Source: Phoronis australis
Taxonomy: Eukaryota; Animalia; Phoronida
Assembly: GCA_002633005.1 (NCBI GenBank)
Contig: NMRA01000190.1
Location: forward strand, 372,001-436,000
Length of the DNA: 64,000 bases
Reading direction: 5' to 3'
Part shown: in pieces, positions 24,286 to 39,734 of the stretch
Position numbering within the stretch: the first letter of the stretch is position 1
Layout: the number at the start of each line of letters is the position of its first letter
Translations under genes and position numbers: made by a program
Notes under the pieces: generated by a model
The model's input: only the letters and a program-made list of their open reading frames with translations
What the model was told of the DNA's origin: nothing
Databases searched by the model: none

Positions 24286-27200
24286 TTTTCAATAACTATG
24301 CACTTGAACCTTGAGTTGCAATCTGTCCATCACAACGAAAAAGTCAAAGCAATCTGCCATCATGACAGAGAAGTAACTCCAACTCACAGAAGCTCATTTA
24401 GTCTGTCTTTTCAAACCTCAGTTCCAAAATACAATGAGATTAACAACCTCAAGTAGGGCTCAATGAACACCCTGCCTTGTACTGATATTTTGTATCCATA
24501 GCTGCACTTATATTGTTGGGGATGTCGAAGATATGGTGATATATCTATATGGAAATAAACAATCATTGTAGAATTAGCAGAATATTTGTGGCCTAAGGGT
24601 GTCCTGAGTTTCACACAGATCGAATGTTGTTGATTTGCCTGTAACTGAAGCCTTTCCTACAATTCATGGGATTTGGCCGCATGAGGAGGAACTAGGCAAA
24701 TGTTGATTATTGTTGGATATGACCAATCTTACTCCTCAGTCATCCTTTATGCTGGTGTCTAAATTGGAAAACGGCTTCCCTTAAGTCACAGCCATGGTAT
24801 GAGAAATAGGCTCAGCAAATATAACGATCACTGGAATACCAGGATGCTCGTTTGGATTTTGGTTTGAATTGTTGTTATTCGCTGTCAGTTCACTGCGCTC
24901 GTCTTAGCATGAAACTGTTCAACGGGAATTTTGAGTGCTGGGGTAGTTATGCATATAGCTGTGCTCCTTTCTCAATTTTTTTGTAGTATGGCGATGCTTC
25001 GACTGCTTTAAGCCTAAACTGTGGTTCTATCAGTGATGTTCCCTGAAAAAAATGTTATTATTGACTTTTGATCTTGGTTATAATTTTGTACTTTTAAACG
25101 AACTTGTCTGGTTACTAAATATTTTAGGAAGGCTTGGTGATTTTTTAATTGTGTCTTTTCAATCATTGGAACGAATGCTCAACTTTTGCCCATTAAGCAG
25201 TTCATGTGGAGTAAACATGCTCCTGCAGTTCTTTACAAAATCTCTTAAAAATCATTGAAATTTTGTTTCTTAGATTGAAGTTAAGGCGAGAATTGTCTGG
25301 TAGGTTCAACTTTTGATGAGAAGTGTCTACAGTTTTTTGGAAGCTATGTACTGTCAACATTTTCACATCGAGTAATGATGTCAAATTTAGTTGATCGAAT
25401 GAAATTTCTGTTAAAGTCTTAATTATTCAACAAGGCATTCATATATGTGATGTTTCTGTTCAGTTGTTCTGCATTTGAGTAGTTTGAATTTCTGTCTCAA
25501 CATCTGCCTACTGTACGAATTGTTCATAATTTTATACTTTACTTCTCGACTTAGTACTTTCCGTGAACAGTAAATGAGGAAGGGTTTCATTGGATGTGAG
25601 GATATTGGTAGTGATCGCATAGGTAACACTTTTGTACTATGTGAATATGTTACGGACATCGTCTACAATACATGAATACAATTTGAAAACATTGCTGTTG
25701 GTTATGAGTGGTCCAGTTAGTAGTTGATCTGGGGTGAAGTCACTAACACAAACTTCACTTGGCAGTATCCTTGGCGATGTCCTGTCATAACTTTGTGAGC
25801 TTGTTCGCTTATGACTATAGCTGCATTGAATGCGAACATCCCCAGGTCTGCACCAATTTTATATGCTCGGGGTTAATTGTAATTTGCATAAGCTAGTCTC
25901 GTAAAAAGGAAGTGATTTCTAAATTTTATTTTACCACATGCAGTACCTACCTCCGAAGCAGTTCAAGGTTTTTTTAATGGGTCAAGTTCTAGGGGTTCAC
26001 ACAATTGTTATGTTGATATTTGTACCCGACTCCTGGCGGATGCTAACTTAACCTTGTTGCTGGATTTGGTTTTGTGTGCTGTAGAAACTTATGATTTAGG
26101 CCAATATTTAATCCGTCTCAACTGAAATGATTTCACAGCCTTCAAATTAGGACAGTTACCGCAATCAGGATTGGTTTAACCTTATGGTTCTCTTTATGCT
26201 GGGAATATGCTTTCAAGCAGTATTGGAACTGTTGCTGCTTTCCAAGAATTCGTCTCATCGGAGCTCTAAACAAGTTCAGGCTGGTTTAAGAATGGGAAAT
26301 GCCCTATTAAAACATTTTTATTAACAGAAAGCAGTTTGTGACACCATCAAGTAAACAAATGTAAAAGGGGTTTTGGTAGTGTTCATTCATTATTGGTTAT
26401 AAACTTTTGTGATTGTGCCAGAGTTGACTAGCCACTTTATTTAAAAACTAGCTTGAGTGAGTTCTATGGGTTTTGAGCAGATCAAAAATGGAATGATGCA
26501 GGTGAAATTGTTTTCCTTTTTGGGCAGCAAGGTGCAAGTTTCAAAATCTGTGGAGGTGCTGACCTTTATCAACTAATATGCAGTTTTGGCCTGATGGGTA
26601 CACAGCCTGATCATACATCATTTCTAGTTTAAAAAGTAAATTAGAAATAACAAACGATGCTATCATTACAACGACCTCTTTATTATAAAAATATATTTTG
26701 ATTCTCAAGCGTCTTATACTATAACAAATACTTAACAAAACAACTTTGAATTTCACAACCTATACAGTTACAGACAACATAAACAAAGGATTTGGCCATT
26801 CAAGCACAGTCCCAATTTTTAAACATACCTGACATTAACAAAAGACCTGGCAACCATTTTAGGAGCAATCTGACAATTCCATTAGCTGATTAAATTGTAG
26901 AGGCAGCAAATAACTTGCCAACTGTTAGAAACGGAGGTTCTGAAACACAAATCACTGCATCTTTACGAATGCAGAACCCGTGATGAACAAAATTTCAAGG
27001 GTATGCCTATCATATGATATCGACAACTAAAGGCGTTTTCCCACATCTTCAACAGGACAGGTTACCGAGAAATTATGGAATTTTTAGACGTTTCAGCAAA
27101 TGCCAGGACGTAAAACTACATTAAATAACTGGCAATCAGTTTGTGGCAAAATACTACTTGAAAATTGCGTATTCCCAGTACCAGAAGTTGATGTCATAGT

Positions 27201-27608
27201 AATTTTTCACTCATCTGTACTTTGCCAATATAAAACTTCTTGTTGTCACCTGTATAGTGATTTGGTTGTCAGTTTTGGTTTGTAAGTCCTTTGCCCAAGA
27301 TTCCTTGAGACAAAAAACAGGAGTTTTTATGACAGCTCTTGGTTTTAGGAAAGGTTTATGTCTGAGTGTGAAGTCTTACAAAAAATAATGTCTAGTTATC
27401 TAAAAGTAATTTTAGGCTCTACCATTTTGATAAACGACTAAAAAATCTCAGAATCAACCTTTTAATTGAAGAAATTGCCCAACCCTAATTAAAACTGACT
27501 ACCCTATTACGGCAAAGCAAAGCAAGCGTATTTATAAAAAGCTCATTGGAGACAGACTAAGAAAGAAATTGATGATGAGTTGATTATGAGCAGAGCCAAT
27601 CACTTGGT

Positions 27609-30600
27609 CTAATCTTCATCTGATGAAACTGCTTCAAATACCTACAATGAAATTAAAAGGAGTGTTACTGTAATCATATCAACCACACAAAAAACATCAG
27701 TCAAACTCAGCATAAGCTAGAGATGACTACTGAAACTGATGTTGTTTCCTTCGAACCTACAATCAAAACATGTAAATCATGAAATTGGCTATATCGCTCT
27801 AACAGAAATTTTCCCCACAATTATAGCCATTCGCTTTCACCTTCAAAAGGATATTGAGAGATTGACATGACTCAGATAAATCTTACATTTTGGGCTTGGA
27901 GGAGGTAACTTATCCACATAGTGGCTTAAAATTTTGTAAAACATGGGTGTCCTTCATGCACAAAGTTCGGTGAAAGCAGTTCTTTGTGAACCCCGTCACA
28001 CAACTGTCCCAGTTGGACTGTGTAACGATCCCAGCTTATGGTCGCGGCTGAGAAGATAAGTGTTAAATTACATATATGGATTCTGAAGTCCAGCAATTTC
28101 TTGAGTAAACCTCTAACGGGAGTTTATTGCTATGTTTGAAGTGTTTTCTGTGTTTCCAAGAGCAGGGTCAATACCTTGACTTAACATCCAGGGTAACTTA
28201 ATATGTGCTACCCACAAATTAAAGCATTAACAAACATCTATCAGATCTAGCCCTATGTCAAAATCTTCACTTACTGAACAAGCCAGCACCAGAATTAAAA
28301 CAGCTGCTAGTGGTTTCTATCAAAGTTTGTCCCTTTGGCTGAGAGCAGGCTCACAGCAGCTTTAAAAAAGAAGTTTAATAAATATCCCTCTTGAAAAGCT
28401 ACAATATTGTGGCTTATTCACAAAGTGCTATTACTGTCACATAACATGGATACAGTGAGCCACTGAATTCAAACTGCAGTGAAAAACATCATCAACCTAA
28501 TTATGTGTCCCATCTCATTGTTTGATAATAGCAGAACAAGACTTGCAGCTCGCGATAGCGTGTCATCACTTACATCGAGCAGATTTTTTGGTCCAATGCT
28601 CAGCCTGGGCTCTTGAAAGACGTCTATTTCATTGTTGACAGGGGTCCTGACTACCTGCGGGGAAGGGGTGGAGGTCGTGGAGCCAGGGGAGAATCTGCCG
28701 TGAGAGAACGGAATCATTTAGCACAGACCAAAAGAATTCTCAAAAACTGAACATTGATTAGAAAAGCCACAAACACTGATTAAAATTCACAGAGACAAAG
28801 ATCATTTTACAAAGCACCACAATGGCCTTTAACTGCGGCTACTTACTCTTGAACTTTTTAAAAAAGATTTTTTTTCGAAAACTGACCGTGTATCTGCATG
28901 AGTCTGAATAAGACGGCTGAAAAATAAGTCTCTGCTAAAGTGTGTTGTAGGAAATGAAGAGTTATAATACATTATGCAATAACTACACGGCATGTTTAGC
29001 ACAAAAGCCAACATCAAGAAAACCTCATGGGATTAGTTTACACAAAATTTCACATTTAAACAAAACCCCTTCGTACTTAATACAAGAGAAAAACTAAAAA
29101 ATGCTTTCAAATCAACAAAAAGGAAAAAAAAGCAGGTTGATGTAACTTTGTCAGGTGTGCCAATCTATGTGATTACACACAATAACTTCAGCACAAGCTA
29201 TACCTGTCAGAGAATCTGAAGCCAGGTGATGCAGACCTTGACGGTGTTTGTGTGCGACAAACACGATTGCGTATGCCTCCTGGAGTGGTCTTGGCAATTC
29301 TTGCTGGAAGACTAAAACAAAAAGCAGCTCATGGATACATTCAAAGTGCTTAGGCTGTCCCTAAATAAATTTCAAGCTAATTTGATCAGACGTAAAATTC
29401 CATGACTAAGAAGTTTTTGAAATTTTTACTTTTTGACTTTTCCTGGTAAAACCAAATTTCAGACTTTTCCCAAAAAGCCCCAAAGTTATATGCCTTTTCC
29501 AGGTTGTACAAACCATGAATGGGTCCATGGCTTGATTTAGAAGTGCTCATAAACTGTGTTGCGCAATTGCATTTAAAGTGGAACTTGCACGCTAATTGAT
29601 TCCTTATCTGTGATTGCTTGGTCAAATTAGTTAGAAACACAACATATAGCGACGAAGCGAATATGAAGTAGGTTGAAAATTGCCAAATGTTTTTAAGAAC
29701 GAGTTTTGTGTCGAAACCGATTCGTCGTAAATCACTCAATTGTATCCAGTATCATGTCGTGGTGTTGGGAATAACACTGCATGACGCGATTTATGTGAGC
29801 CCCCAAGGTACGTCATTAATGCAAAGGTCACCTATTTGCAGAATTTATTGTTTTCACATTTACAAGTTGTCAATGAATACAACTGCACTTTGTTCAGCGT
29901 AGATTGTGTTAAAATAGCATTGCAGTTTAGTTCCTGCTGTACATTAGCATAGTTAGGAGCATGCAAATACTTCTTAAGCATTGACACACAATACTGCCGG
30001 ATATTTCCATAAACACACCCAGCCAAAACACGCCCAGTAAATGAGTGCAAGGAAATTTTCTACAAATACCATGGGAGCATATTTAGGAAAAGGCAGCACT
30101 ATGCAAATTGATGTTCTCCCGCAAAATACCTTTTGCTGAATATACACCTGTCTTATACATGGAAATCTCCAGTACATAAAATAGAAAAGGCAGCCAAATA
30201 TCACAATAACTACCAATTCTTTCAACATGTTTACTGTGATTCATTTTGCAGTATCCATCAGGTTGCCTTCTTAAACAGCTTAGATGAAGACAGTGAAAGT
30301 AAACAAAACCTAGAGGAAAACAGAAAAAAGGACACATATTCTCCTCCAATCTTTGCCAACCTAAGGTGTGACAAGGTTTGGTAAAATTGTTAAGCTAAAA
30401 CGTACACAGATACCGTAATGCTGGAAACTTACAAACATGGAAGGAGTTTGGTCCAAAGAACTGTTCCACCACCAAACAATAAGTGTCCAGCATCACTGAT
30501 CACTGTCCAGCATCACTGACCACTGTCCAGCATCACTGACCACTGAATCATCATTTGAGAAACAAGGTACTCCCTAATATGATTGCAAGCAGAAAGTCTA

Positions 30601-33600
30601 GTAACTCCACTGAAGGCTTATCCAATACATTGAGAGCTACTTACCATGGTTTAGCAAACACAGCGTCAGGTTCACTTGATGTGGATGAATCCAGAGGGGC
30701 ACCCAGTGAGTTGTCTGATATGTTGATGATATCTTCATCAAACACATCATCTATAAAACAACAACAGTTACCTCACACAATGACTTTATAGAATGCTGTT
30801 CTTGGGCCAATAACATTTTGGCAGAATTCAAATTTGGTTAAATAAACATGCATTAAAGGTACCGCAAGACAGCAAAAAGTGTGACCTTTGTGTAAAATGT
30901 CAGCATTTCATCGCAAAAGCATCAATAAAGGACAAAGAAAATCACCTGCAGAGCGTTGAGAAAAACTTAAAATATGTTTAGCACAAAACGAGCACATGGA
31001 CTGTGAACTTGGTGCTTGTCAAATAAAAGTTATGCCTCTGTCGCATGAATTTTTGAACTCTAACCTTTAAGGTGGCTCAGTTTACAGACTAACATGGAGT
31101 GTTTGAAGCACCATTTCTTTAATTCAATGTATATATATACAAATTAGAGTGATACTCTCATATTAACAACTTTGACATTTCATGAATGAAACAAAATTTA
31201 TTGACAAATGCCCTAGCGAACATATAAAAGAGTTGGACCATAAAATTTACCTACAAGACATATGACAAACACGCTTGAAGAAAAAGTATCATACTCAGAA
31301 CATTCCAGAAGTGAGACGGATTGCGTTTCTGCATTTCAGCTTGAGGAACGGAAAAGAACAAACTTAAGATACTACTGAGGATTAACTATAACCAGTGATG
31401 TCCTGGTGAACAGACTGGATAAGCAAGTGTCGTTAAGCCAATGTTACAAACTTATTACAGCACATTACATAATTAATGCACAGACAAACATTTGAAATTC
31501 ACTGAGACCAGCAACTTACTGACCGTCACTAAAACTCTGGTCCCAGTTATGTGTGTAGCCAGTGTGACTCCTGTTGGAAGGTGTACAGCCTCCTTTGGGA
31601 AAAACGCTTCGAAGGGGTGCCGTCACCAGCCACCAGACAAACAGCAACATTGCAACCATCTGTTGCAGAACTTTTAGGAACAAGTATTTCTGGAAAGCCA
31701 GGAGAAAGCCACAACTATGAAGTGAATACAATGACCATGACACAAAAGATGACCCTGACACAAAAGATGACCTTGACATAAAAGATAACCCTGACATTTG
31801 TTTCTACAAATGAAGGGAAATCCTGCAGCAAATTTGGGGACTTTTGTGATGACTTATACCATTGCCATTACAAGTGCCAACGGCTCACTGAGGACATAAA
31901 AACTATGCGCTTTACACAAAATACGAAATTAAAACTTTAAAAGGTTACAGAAAGAAATATTCATATGAGTTTTAAAACAATAACAACAAACATTAAAGAT
32001 ACAAAAATGAACATGTGATTAACGATTTCTAAAAAAGCAGTTTCATTCGTGTTCAAAGCTTGTGAATGTCCCAGCCTGCCCCAACCTTCTGTCTACAAAC
32101 CGATAGTAATTCCAGTCAACTTAACTGGAGTCACTTTTTGGAAGACAGAAACACTTCATCCAAGACATTTTAACTGAAATAACAATAGTTCCAAACAGAT
32201 ATATATGAAGTAGTTACTCAACAAAATTTCGACCTACCACTTTTCTCAGGTAGATTTGTCTCTGCCGTCGTTTCCAAACCTGATTGACAGAAGGAACACT
32301 CAGAAGTCGTTCGGCTGACGGTCGCACAGTGTGGTCAGGCTCCATCATCTGTTGTATGATGTAGCGTAGATCATGGGACATACCTGGGGAGAAAAGGTAA
32401 TGTATACCTGGAGTGAAGACATGTGACATACTGTACATATACTTGGGGGAGTAAAAATATTGTATGCCAGAGGGAAGATATGGGATATACCGTGAATATA
32501 CCTAGGGAGTAGAAATATTGTATACTAGAGGGAATACATGTGATATACAGTAACTATAGATATACTTGGCATATACATGGAATATACAACTCACATATCT
32601 GTCGAGTAGAAATGTATTATGCTTTATGGAAGAAACAGGATTTTCCAGGAGGAAAATTGCATATAATTAGGGGACAGCTGAATCAACCCGAAAGAAGAAA
32701 CAATGCACAAGAAATGGGATGAAACTGGGCAAGATAACATGCACCTGGAGGGAAGGACATATTTGGAGGGAACCCTAGGATATACCTTACTGAGAGGAAC
32801 AGTACATGCCACGGACAACTTAACCTGAGGAACGAAATTGGATATACCTGAGGAAGAAAGATATGCCAGGACAGAAATGGGATATAGCTGGGGTGTAGAA
32901 ATAAGTACCAAGGAATTAAAGTGACACAATTTCGTACCAGGGATGTCCACATATAAGCTGAATATGTGCACAGTGGACGTACATAGGAAACATTGTCACA
33001 AAGCAAATTACGCAGGGCACACATTTGTGAAAAGTGTGCATGGTGGCACATAAAAACTTTCTTGAATTTCACAGGAAATGGGCACTAAACTAGATTTTAC
33101 AGTCCAGTTAAAAGTGAAGAAATATTTCACTAGATAAAGTTATAAAAAACCTCCTTATCAGGCAGTCTGACCATTAAGTCAAATATCTGCAAAACAATCA
33201 AGTTTAAATTTTAGTAAAAAGACTGAGGAACTAAATTTTGCATTTCATACCCATCTATCAATGGGTCACAAAACCATGTCTTTCATTGAACTTAAGCAAA
33301 AAGGAAAGGCATGTTTATAAGAAAACAAAGATAACTAAAACATGACCATATCTATTTTGCTATATACACAAGAAAGACAAAATTTCAGAAATACTATCAC
33401 AGTTTCTAGTTTATCTAACTTAAAAATCATGAATGTCCCAATGTTTGTTTAGACCTAATCAAAAGAGTAAACTGACAGTTTGTTGTTTATTTAGACCACG
33501 CTCTTAAAATTACAGATCATGATGCAAAATCTTGTGAGCTTAGCCTGAAAAATAAACAAACAGTCAGTTCTTGCCGAGTATCAAGATCACATCCAAACTA

Positions 33601-36600
33601 AGTAAGACCAACCTTATGATGGCAAGGGTACTAAAACAAAACTTGTTTTTGATAGAATGCATGGGTTAAATGTTACTTTCAGAAGAATTGCCCTCTCCTC
33701 TAACATCTATCTCTAACAAAAATTCAAACCAGAAAGGAAATTGCACTGGAGTCACAGAATGTACTTGACATTATTTTTCACAGAAATTGGAACATCGACA
33801 GGTTACCTTTTAAAAACGCATCTGGAAGTTTACCCTCCCGTAACTGATGCCATGCGTCACCACCACGGGGAAGGTCAAGGTCACTAGCTAACTCTAGCAC
33901 AGTAATGCCAAGACTGAAATGCATTAGACAAAAAGAACAATGAAATAATACACACTTGTTTGTATATTGAAATTATGACATGTCTCCAAAGCCTTTAACC
34001 AGTACATCTGGTTTAATTTTAGGGGTCTTTACAGGTAATTACTGCTCGTATCAATAGTACAATGCTAAACATAAAACCAACAAATTCAACAATGGCTTGG
34101 TCAAAGTGACATAAGTAGAAAGACGTTTTCATCAAACTGATGTTATTGTCACACAAGATACAAATTTGGTTACGTTGGAGACATTTCTCAATGTTAAGTA
34201 TTGTTACCTGGCCCTCAGTGACTCAGCATGCTATGTTGTGATATAAATGGTGGCCATCTTGTGTCTGGTTCTGCTTTCACTGAGCAGACACACTGACCAT
34301 TTCTCTACTGAACACAGTTTGGGTCAAGGATTTTAGTAATGTTTAATAGTAAAGGTAACATCAATAATGTTAAATTTCCCCTTTCTATTTCTGCATGTGT
34401 TTGCAATTCTAAGAATTAACATATCTTGCAAGAATAGCAATACAATGCTTTGAGCGAATGAAAACAAGTAGCTTGGATGAGCCATCCAATCAATGCATTA
34501 AAGGTGATTTTTTCAGAGCAGCAACAAATGACTACTTTCTCAAATGGAGATTTCTAAGAATCTGAACTTAATGTTTGTCATAAGTCAAAACAAGACTACG
34601 TCAAGTTACTTAAATCTACTTTGCAAGAAAAGCTTTTAATACTACAGGCAAACAAACCTAAAAATGTCAGCTGCCTTTCCAAATGTCCCCTGCATGAGTT
34701 CAGGCGCCAGGTATTTGGGGTCACCCTCTTGGGCTTCAGAGAAGTCTGAACTCTGAAATACACGGAAAGGCATTTTGTAATTCACAAAACACTTTGTATA
34801 GAGAAAGGCATTTTGCAATTCACAATAAACCCTTTTTATAGACCCATTCCAACAGTCTAAGGTAATGCCTTAAAACAAATTTTCCTAAGAGAGGAATAGT
34901 ACAATTCATTCCGATTAGAAATTTTGTATTGGGCCTCGCAAGCTTCCAATTGCAAGAGATCATTTCAGGAGCGCACAAACCATACGCTTTTGGGGGGAGG
35001 GGTCGCGGCTTGTTGTTAACGTGTGCTTTTGATGTTATGAAAATGTCAATGTTAAATAACAGATTAAAATAAAACCATGAGAAACAACTAATATCAGAAA
35101 TGTCACAAAGATCCAACCAGGACAAACAAAAACACAAAGAATTGTGTGAAATTTTTTTACTTTTATACCACGCCACTGTACAAACCAACTCTAAAATTTA
35201 ACTTTGAAGCACACTTGCAGTTCAACAGATACAAAAACATAGACTTCATAAGAATATATCCATTTTTGTACGCTTATGGGAAGGGAGGAGGGGGTCGGCA
35301 AAAGCATACACTTTGTGGACTCGTGAAAATGGCGAAAATTGTGAAAGGTTCCCAATGTGACTTGTGTATCAAATCTGTGATGTACTTTTATAACCGATTT
35401 GAAAAACTGACTGAAGGGACTGCAAAGCTTTGTTTACAACCAGTTGTTTCAACTATAACCACCAAAGTGTTTTTTTGAATTTGTTAGAAATATTTAAAAT
35501 AAAGGGGAAAAACATCAAAAGTTCTACCATTACTTTTTGATGTTTTCTGGCAAAAAAATCCACCACTGGATAATAATTGTCGCAACAGGACGCACATTTT
35601 ACCCAAAAACTTGCAGTTTGCATATTCAAATTGTAGGGATAGTACACAAATTTGTCATGTTTCAACTACAAAAGCTAAAATCCCAAAATATCACACGCTA
35701 ATAAGAACGACACCAATCAATCATTCCACAAATATTACCTTGACTAGAGATAACACCAATCCAAAGTCACCTAGTTTACAGGTTCCATCCTTTGATATGA
35801 AAATATTTTCCGGCTTGATGTCCATGTGCACCAGGTCCTGATCATGCAGGTGTTTCAAAGCCTAACAGGACAAATATTTACAGTAAAGTCTCACCAATTT
35901 AAAACACAATGTGGCAGACAAGTGAAGTTTTGTTGTTTTTTTTTTCGTTGTTTTCATATAAGATAGTTGCACCATATTAACATTTTATCACTGTTTAGCT
36001 CCATACTAACTGATAATGTTATGAGAAATTAGGCACTGTATTCACAACAATGTTAGAAACTTTTGAAAAATTTTAGGGAATTATTTTTTTCCAAAGTCGT
36101 ACTTATTTTGGATACATTGTTTAAATCACAACCACCAATACATGTGTAACATTTTGCTAATAATGCCCCAAGAAAAGTCAATAATAGTACAAGCTGAAAA
36201 CCAATTTAATGCTCACAAGAGTCATCGTTGACATTAACTTTCTTTATAACATTCTTTATCTATAGCCTTACAACTAAATTGAGATCACTATGCAGAGTTC
36301 AATGTTTGTCCCCACAGGACTGGAAACAAGGAAGAAATGCAGTCGGACTTTTTGAAAGCTTGATTTTTTCATTGCAAGAAATGGAGAGTACCTGGTTTGA
36401 GAAGTTCATGCAAATAATTGGGGTGTGCACACTGTGATCAATGCAATCGCAACAGCAAAATTACACTACTGTTGCTAAAACCTGTTCAAATTCCAATGTT
36501 GTTATTGCAAAGAAAATGAGAAGACCATCATTTTAAACTTTCACATTAAACACAATGGTCTCAACAGGGACATGAGAATCAGGAGTCATATCTAATTATA

Positions 36601-39600
36601 GTTTCAGGATGCGCTTCCCTTACTTTTCATTTTCATCTCTCTTTCATCCCATTTACGCATACCTGTTGCAGTCATCGTAATCTTTTCAACCACATGACGA
36701 AGAACTGCACGCCAGCTCAAAGTTAGTGGTTTTACATGTTTTATACCGATGGAGAATACAGGTGCATTTTATACCCTATTTTATCTATACCAGGAATTAA
36801 CAGGTTCCAACAGTAGAAGTAGAGCCACATTGTCAAACAGTATGAGAATGTTTAAATACCAACCAGAAGCAAATCAACCATGTAATTCCACACGAGACTT
36901 TCAGGGATGTCGTGGTTATTTTCTGCAAAAGTGTTCAAGCTGAAAGAAAAACAACAAAACATTAACTGAACTGCAGGTGAATAGCTCGCCACAATGACCA
37001 AACTTTGAAATTATTATTACAGGTAACCCTTATTCACAAACAGCATGATTCACCATTCGATAACTGATCTAGCCTGGCTAACATGGGCCAGTCTCACAGA
37101 GCAGTGATAACTAAGACAATACAAATTTGGAACACAGACTCGAACACAAGCTAAGTCAAGTTTGGTCAACTTTGAAAAGTAAAATGTAAGTCATACACAC
37201 AGTTCATTCAATAACACTACAATGCAAACAAGCAACCAGTGTATAACACAATTCCATGGCCATTGCTAATAGCCCCTTCCCGAAATACCACAACGACGTT
37301 TCAGGTTCTGCAGTATTTACCCACAACGCTGTGCACCTCTAATGCACATGTACCACTACTGCTGTGCCAGTTAGTCATTCTAATGTCAATAATGTACAAA
37401 AACTGAGTGGGGGCATTAAGCTGAGTGGGACATCAAGCTGAGTGGAGCATTACAAACCACGTTCAGGAGTCAAAAACATCAGCTTTCTTTACAGCCATGT
37501 GACCGTCCAAAGAAACGCTACTGCATTCAAATGCTTTGTTTGAAATGAAATCTGGCTACAAATAAACACCTGAAATTCTCGAACGCAATACTACCTTGGT
37601 GATTGAAACTAACCTGTCATGCCAAGCAACTTAAAGGTTCTGGTCTGAAGCAAAAACAACCTTCAGTTCTTTTCAAGCCTAGAAACGATTTTTAATCTAA
37701 GCAAGGAAAGACACGTGTCGATTCTATAACAGGAAGTGGCCTAAATCAAAAGTTGATTTTTTGACAGAAGCCACTAGTTTTTTCCCATTTAATCTGACTC
37801 AGCAGAGAAGTAGGTTAGCAGCCAAAAAGCAGGTCCACAGACAATATAACAAGTTTCTCTACCACCTCAAAGAGGAGAGCTGTGGAGGATGAGGGAATTT
37901 CACTCATACCTGGCTTCACACAGCTCTGTTTGGATGTAGAGATGATGTCTTTCCTCCCAAGCCTTCACAAATCCTACACAGTTTGGGTGTTTAGGGAGAA
38001 ACTCGTGTTTAGCTACCTCCTCTAATTTCCTTTTCCTGAAAAAAAACAAAAACAAAATAGCTTAAGACAGTTTCAAGGATGTTTTAAACTGAGACAATTT
38101 TCATGGCACAGCCACACACAACAGTAATGGCAAATGTATTCAAATGACAAAATTTTCTATAGATTTTAAAAGCAAACCTGTCTGATTCTCCTCGAAATCT
38201 GTCCCGTGATCGTTTCACTGCATAAAGCTTTCCATCTTCCTTGCTTCGGACCTTGAAAACCTGTTGAAAACAGTAAAAAATGAGTGTATTGATGAGGTTC
38301 TTTCAATTGATACTCTGAGTTGCAGCATTCAAAAGGCATTTTTATCCAGGGGAAAAACTAGCTTTTGCAAAACTGTTGACGTTTTCTTCATCTCATACAA
38401 TGCCCCGATTCTGCTACCATATTTCACCCCAGTTTTTAAACAGAACAAGCTACAGTTCATGTTATGTGGAATTCAGATAGTATCATACCTCACCAAATGA
38501 GCCAGCGCCGAGCTTGCTGATAATTTCAAAGCACTGATCAAAGTACAACTCCCTACACTCCTTGTTGTAGTTTGGACTCAGCGCCACGCTCTCCGTAGAG
38601 TCCCTGAAGGAGACAGGTTGGGCGCGATAGTCTTGCTTGATTTGGAACACCCTGCTCACAGGAGGATAACTCTTCACAGGGGGTCGAGGCGGGCAGGGTG
38701 TTGGGGGCGGGTTACCAAGAATTCGTGGACGAAGTTTTTCCTGGAAAAACATTTGTTTTTAAAAATACATCAGTATGTCTCTGCCAGTTGTAACTGGCCC
38801 ATTGTGAAACTGGTATTATTTTTCACAAGACTGTAAGATCCAAGGAACTGATGTGAAACAAAAAAATGAGAATGTGACAATTACCAAGTTCTACAAAGTA
38901 CAAAGGAAATGAGTCAAACATGAGACGTCATTTGTGTTACCAATGACAACAGGCTCATAGTAGTTCTTTAGCTTTATAACAAGACCAGACTCTTGTAAGC
39001 ACAATACAAGTTGTATTGAAGTTCTGTAAAATTAGTGGTTTTGATTATCCCTCACATGTACAGCCCACCAAGATACTAAAGTAACATTAAACCTGCTTTA
39101 TTAGGCCATTTGCTGCTGTACAACATTCAATTCATTCCCTGCTACTCAGATAAGCATTTCAAGGATTGGAAAGAACTAGCAGTTGCTTGCGACAATTCTC
39201 AGCACAAAATTAAAACAATGACAACATCTCGAGTCTGGTGTCAAGTAGTAAACTGTCAGTTTTTGCCTAGCCCTAAAATCACTTCTAATCTTAAGGAGCA
39301 CACCGAGACTAGTTTTATAGTGGTGAATAGTTCATATCAAAAGTTTTTGTTTATTGTTAATTTGCTTTCTACAGCTGTGGTTCAAAATTTGAACTGGTCT
39401 TTAGAAATTTGCAAATGAAACTAAACTGGTCATCATGGAAAATATTGGTGAATTGTACGGAAGTTATTCGGAATTCGTTAGTAGTTGGATATTTTTCATA
39501 ATTGATGATGTACAAATGAAAGTGTTCAAAAGCTTCAGGACTCAAGCTACTTCAAATCAACTAAATTTCACACTTGAAGAATGGAGCTTTACATCAGAAA

Positions 39601-39734
39601 TAATCCAATGCAGGAAACAACAGTAAACCGGTGCGCTACACAGAAAGTTTTACAATCAGTACCTTTTTAGTTGAAAATGTTTGTTGTTCTGTGAAGAACT
39701 TTGGAGTTGGCCGCGGTGTTTTCACAACTGACAT
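27609..39734 (-). CDS. PKMYT1: Membrane-associated Tyr/Thr Cdk1-inhibitory kinase Myt1
   Basis: Exons 39663-39734, 38489-38740, 38178-38260, 37910-38035, 36864-36939, 35739-35861, 34658-34752, 33807-33913, 32238-32383, 31524-31689, 30645-30750, 29204-29311, 28574-28694 and 27609-27641. Motifs: [74 protein letters not shown], a hydrophobic membrane segment and C-terminal PKNLLDVF. Confidence 0.95.
29577..29973 (+). mobile_element. TTAA-flanked non-autonomous element (Kolobok-like), copy A
   Basis: TTAA|AGTGGAACTTGCACGC...GCATGCAAATACTTC|TTAA; homologous in reverse complement along its whole length to 56823-57785. Confidence 0.75.
30484..30546. repeat. 20-bp tandem repeat, 3 copies
   Basis: CACTGTCCAGCATCACTGA(C/T) repeated. 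Confidence 0.85.
31730..31796. repeat. 18-bp tandem repeat, about 3.5 copies
   Basis: GACACAAAAGATGACCCT-like units. Confidence 0.75.
32375..32960 (-). repeat. Degenerate minisatellite resembling the adjacent PKMYT1 splice acceptor
   Basis: Recurrent (G/A)ATATACCTG(G/A)GG(A)G on the + strand, which reads as pyrimidine tract + CAG|GTATAT on the - strand. Confidence 0.65.

Noticed and set aside
24400-26300. Fragmentary minus-strand ORFs suggesting a decayed gene or transposase
   Set aside because: No identifiable motifs and frequent stops; it cannot be supported without a database search.
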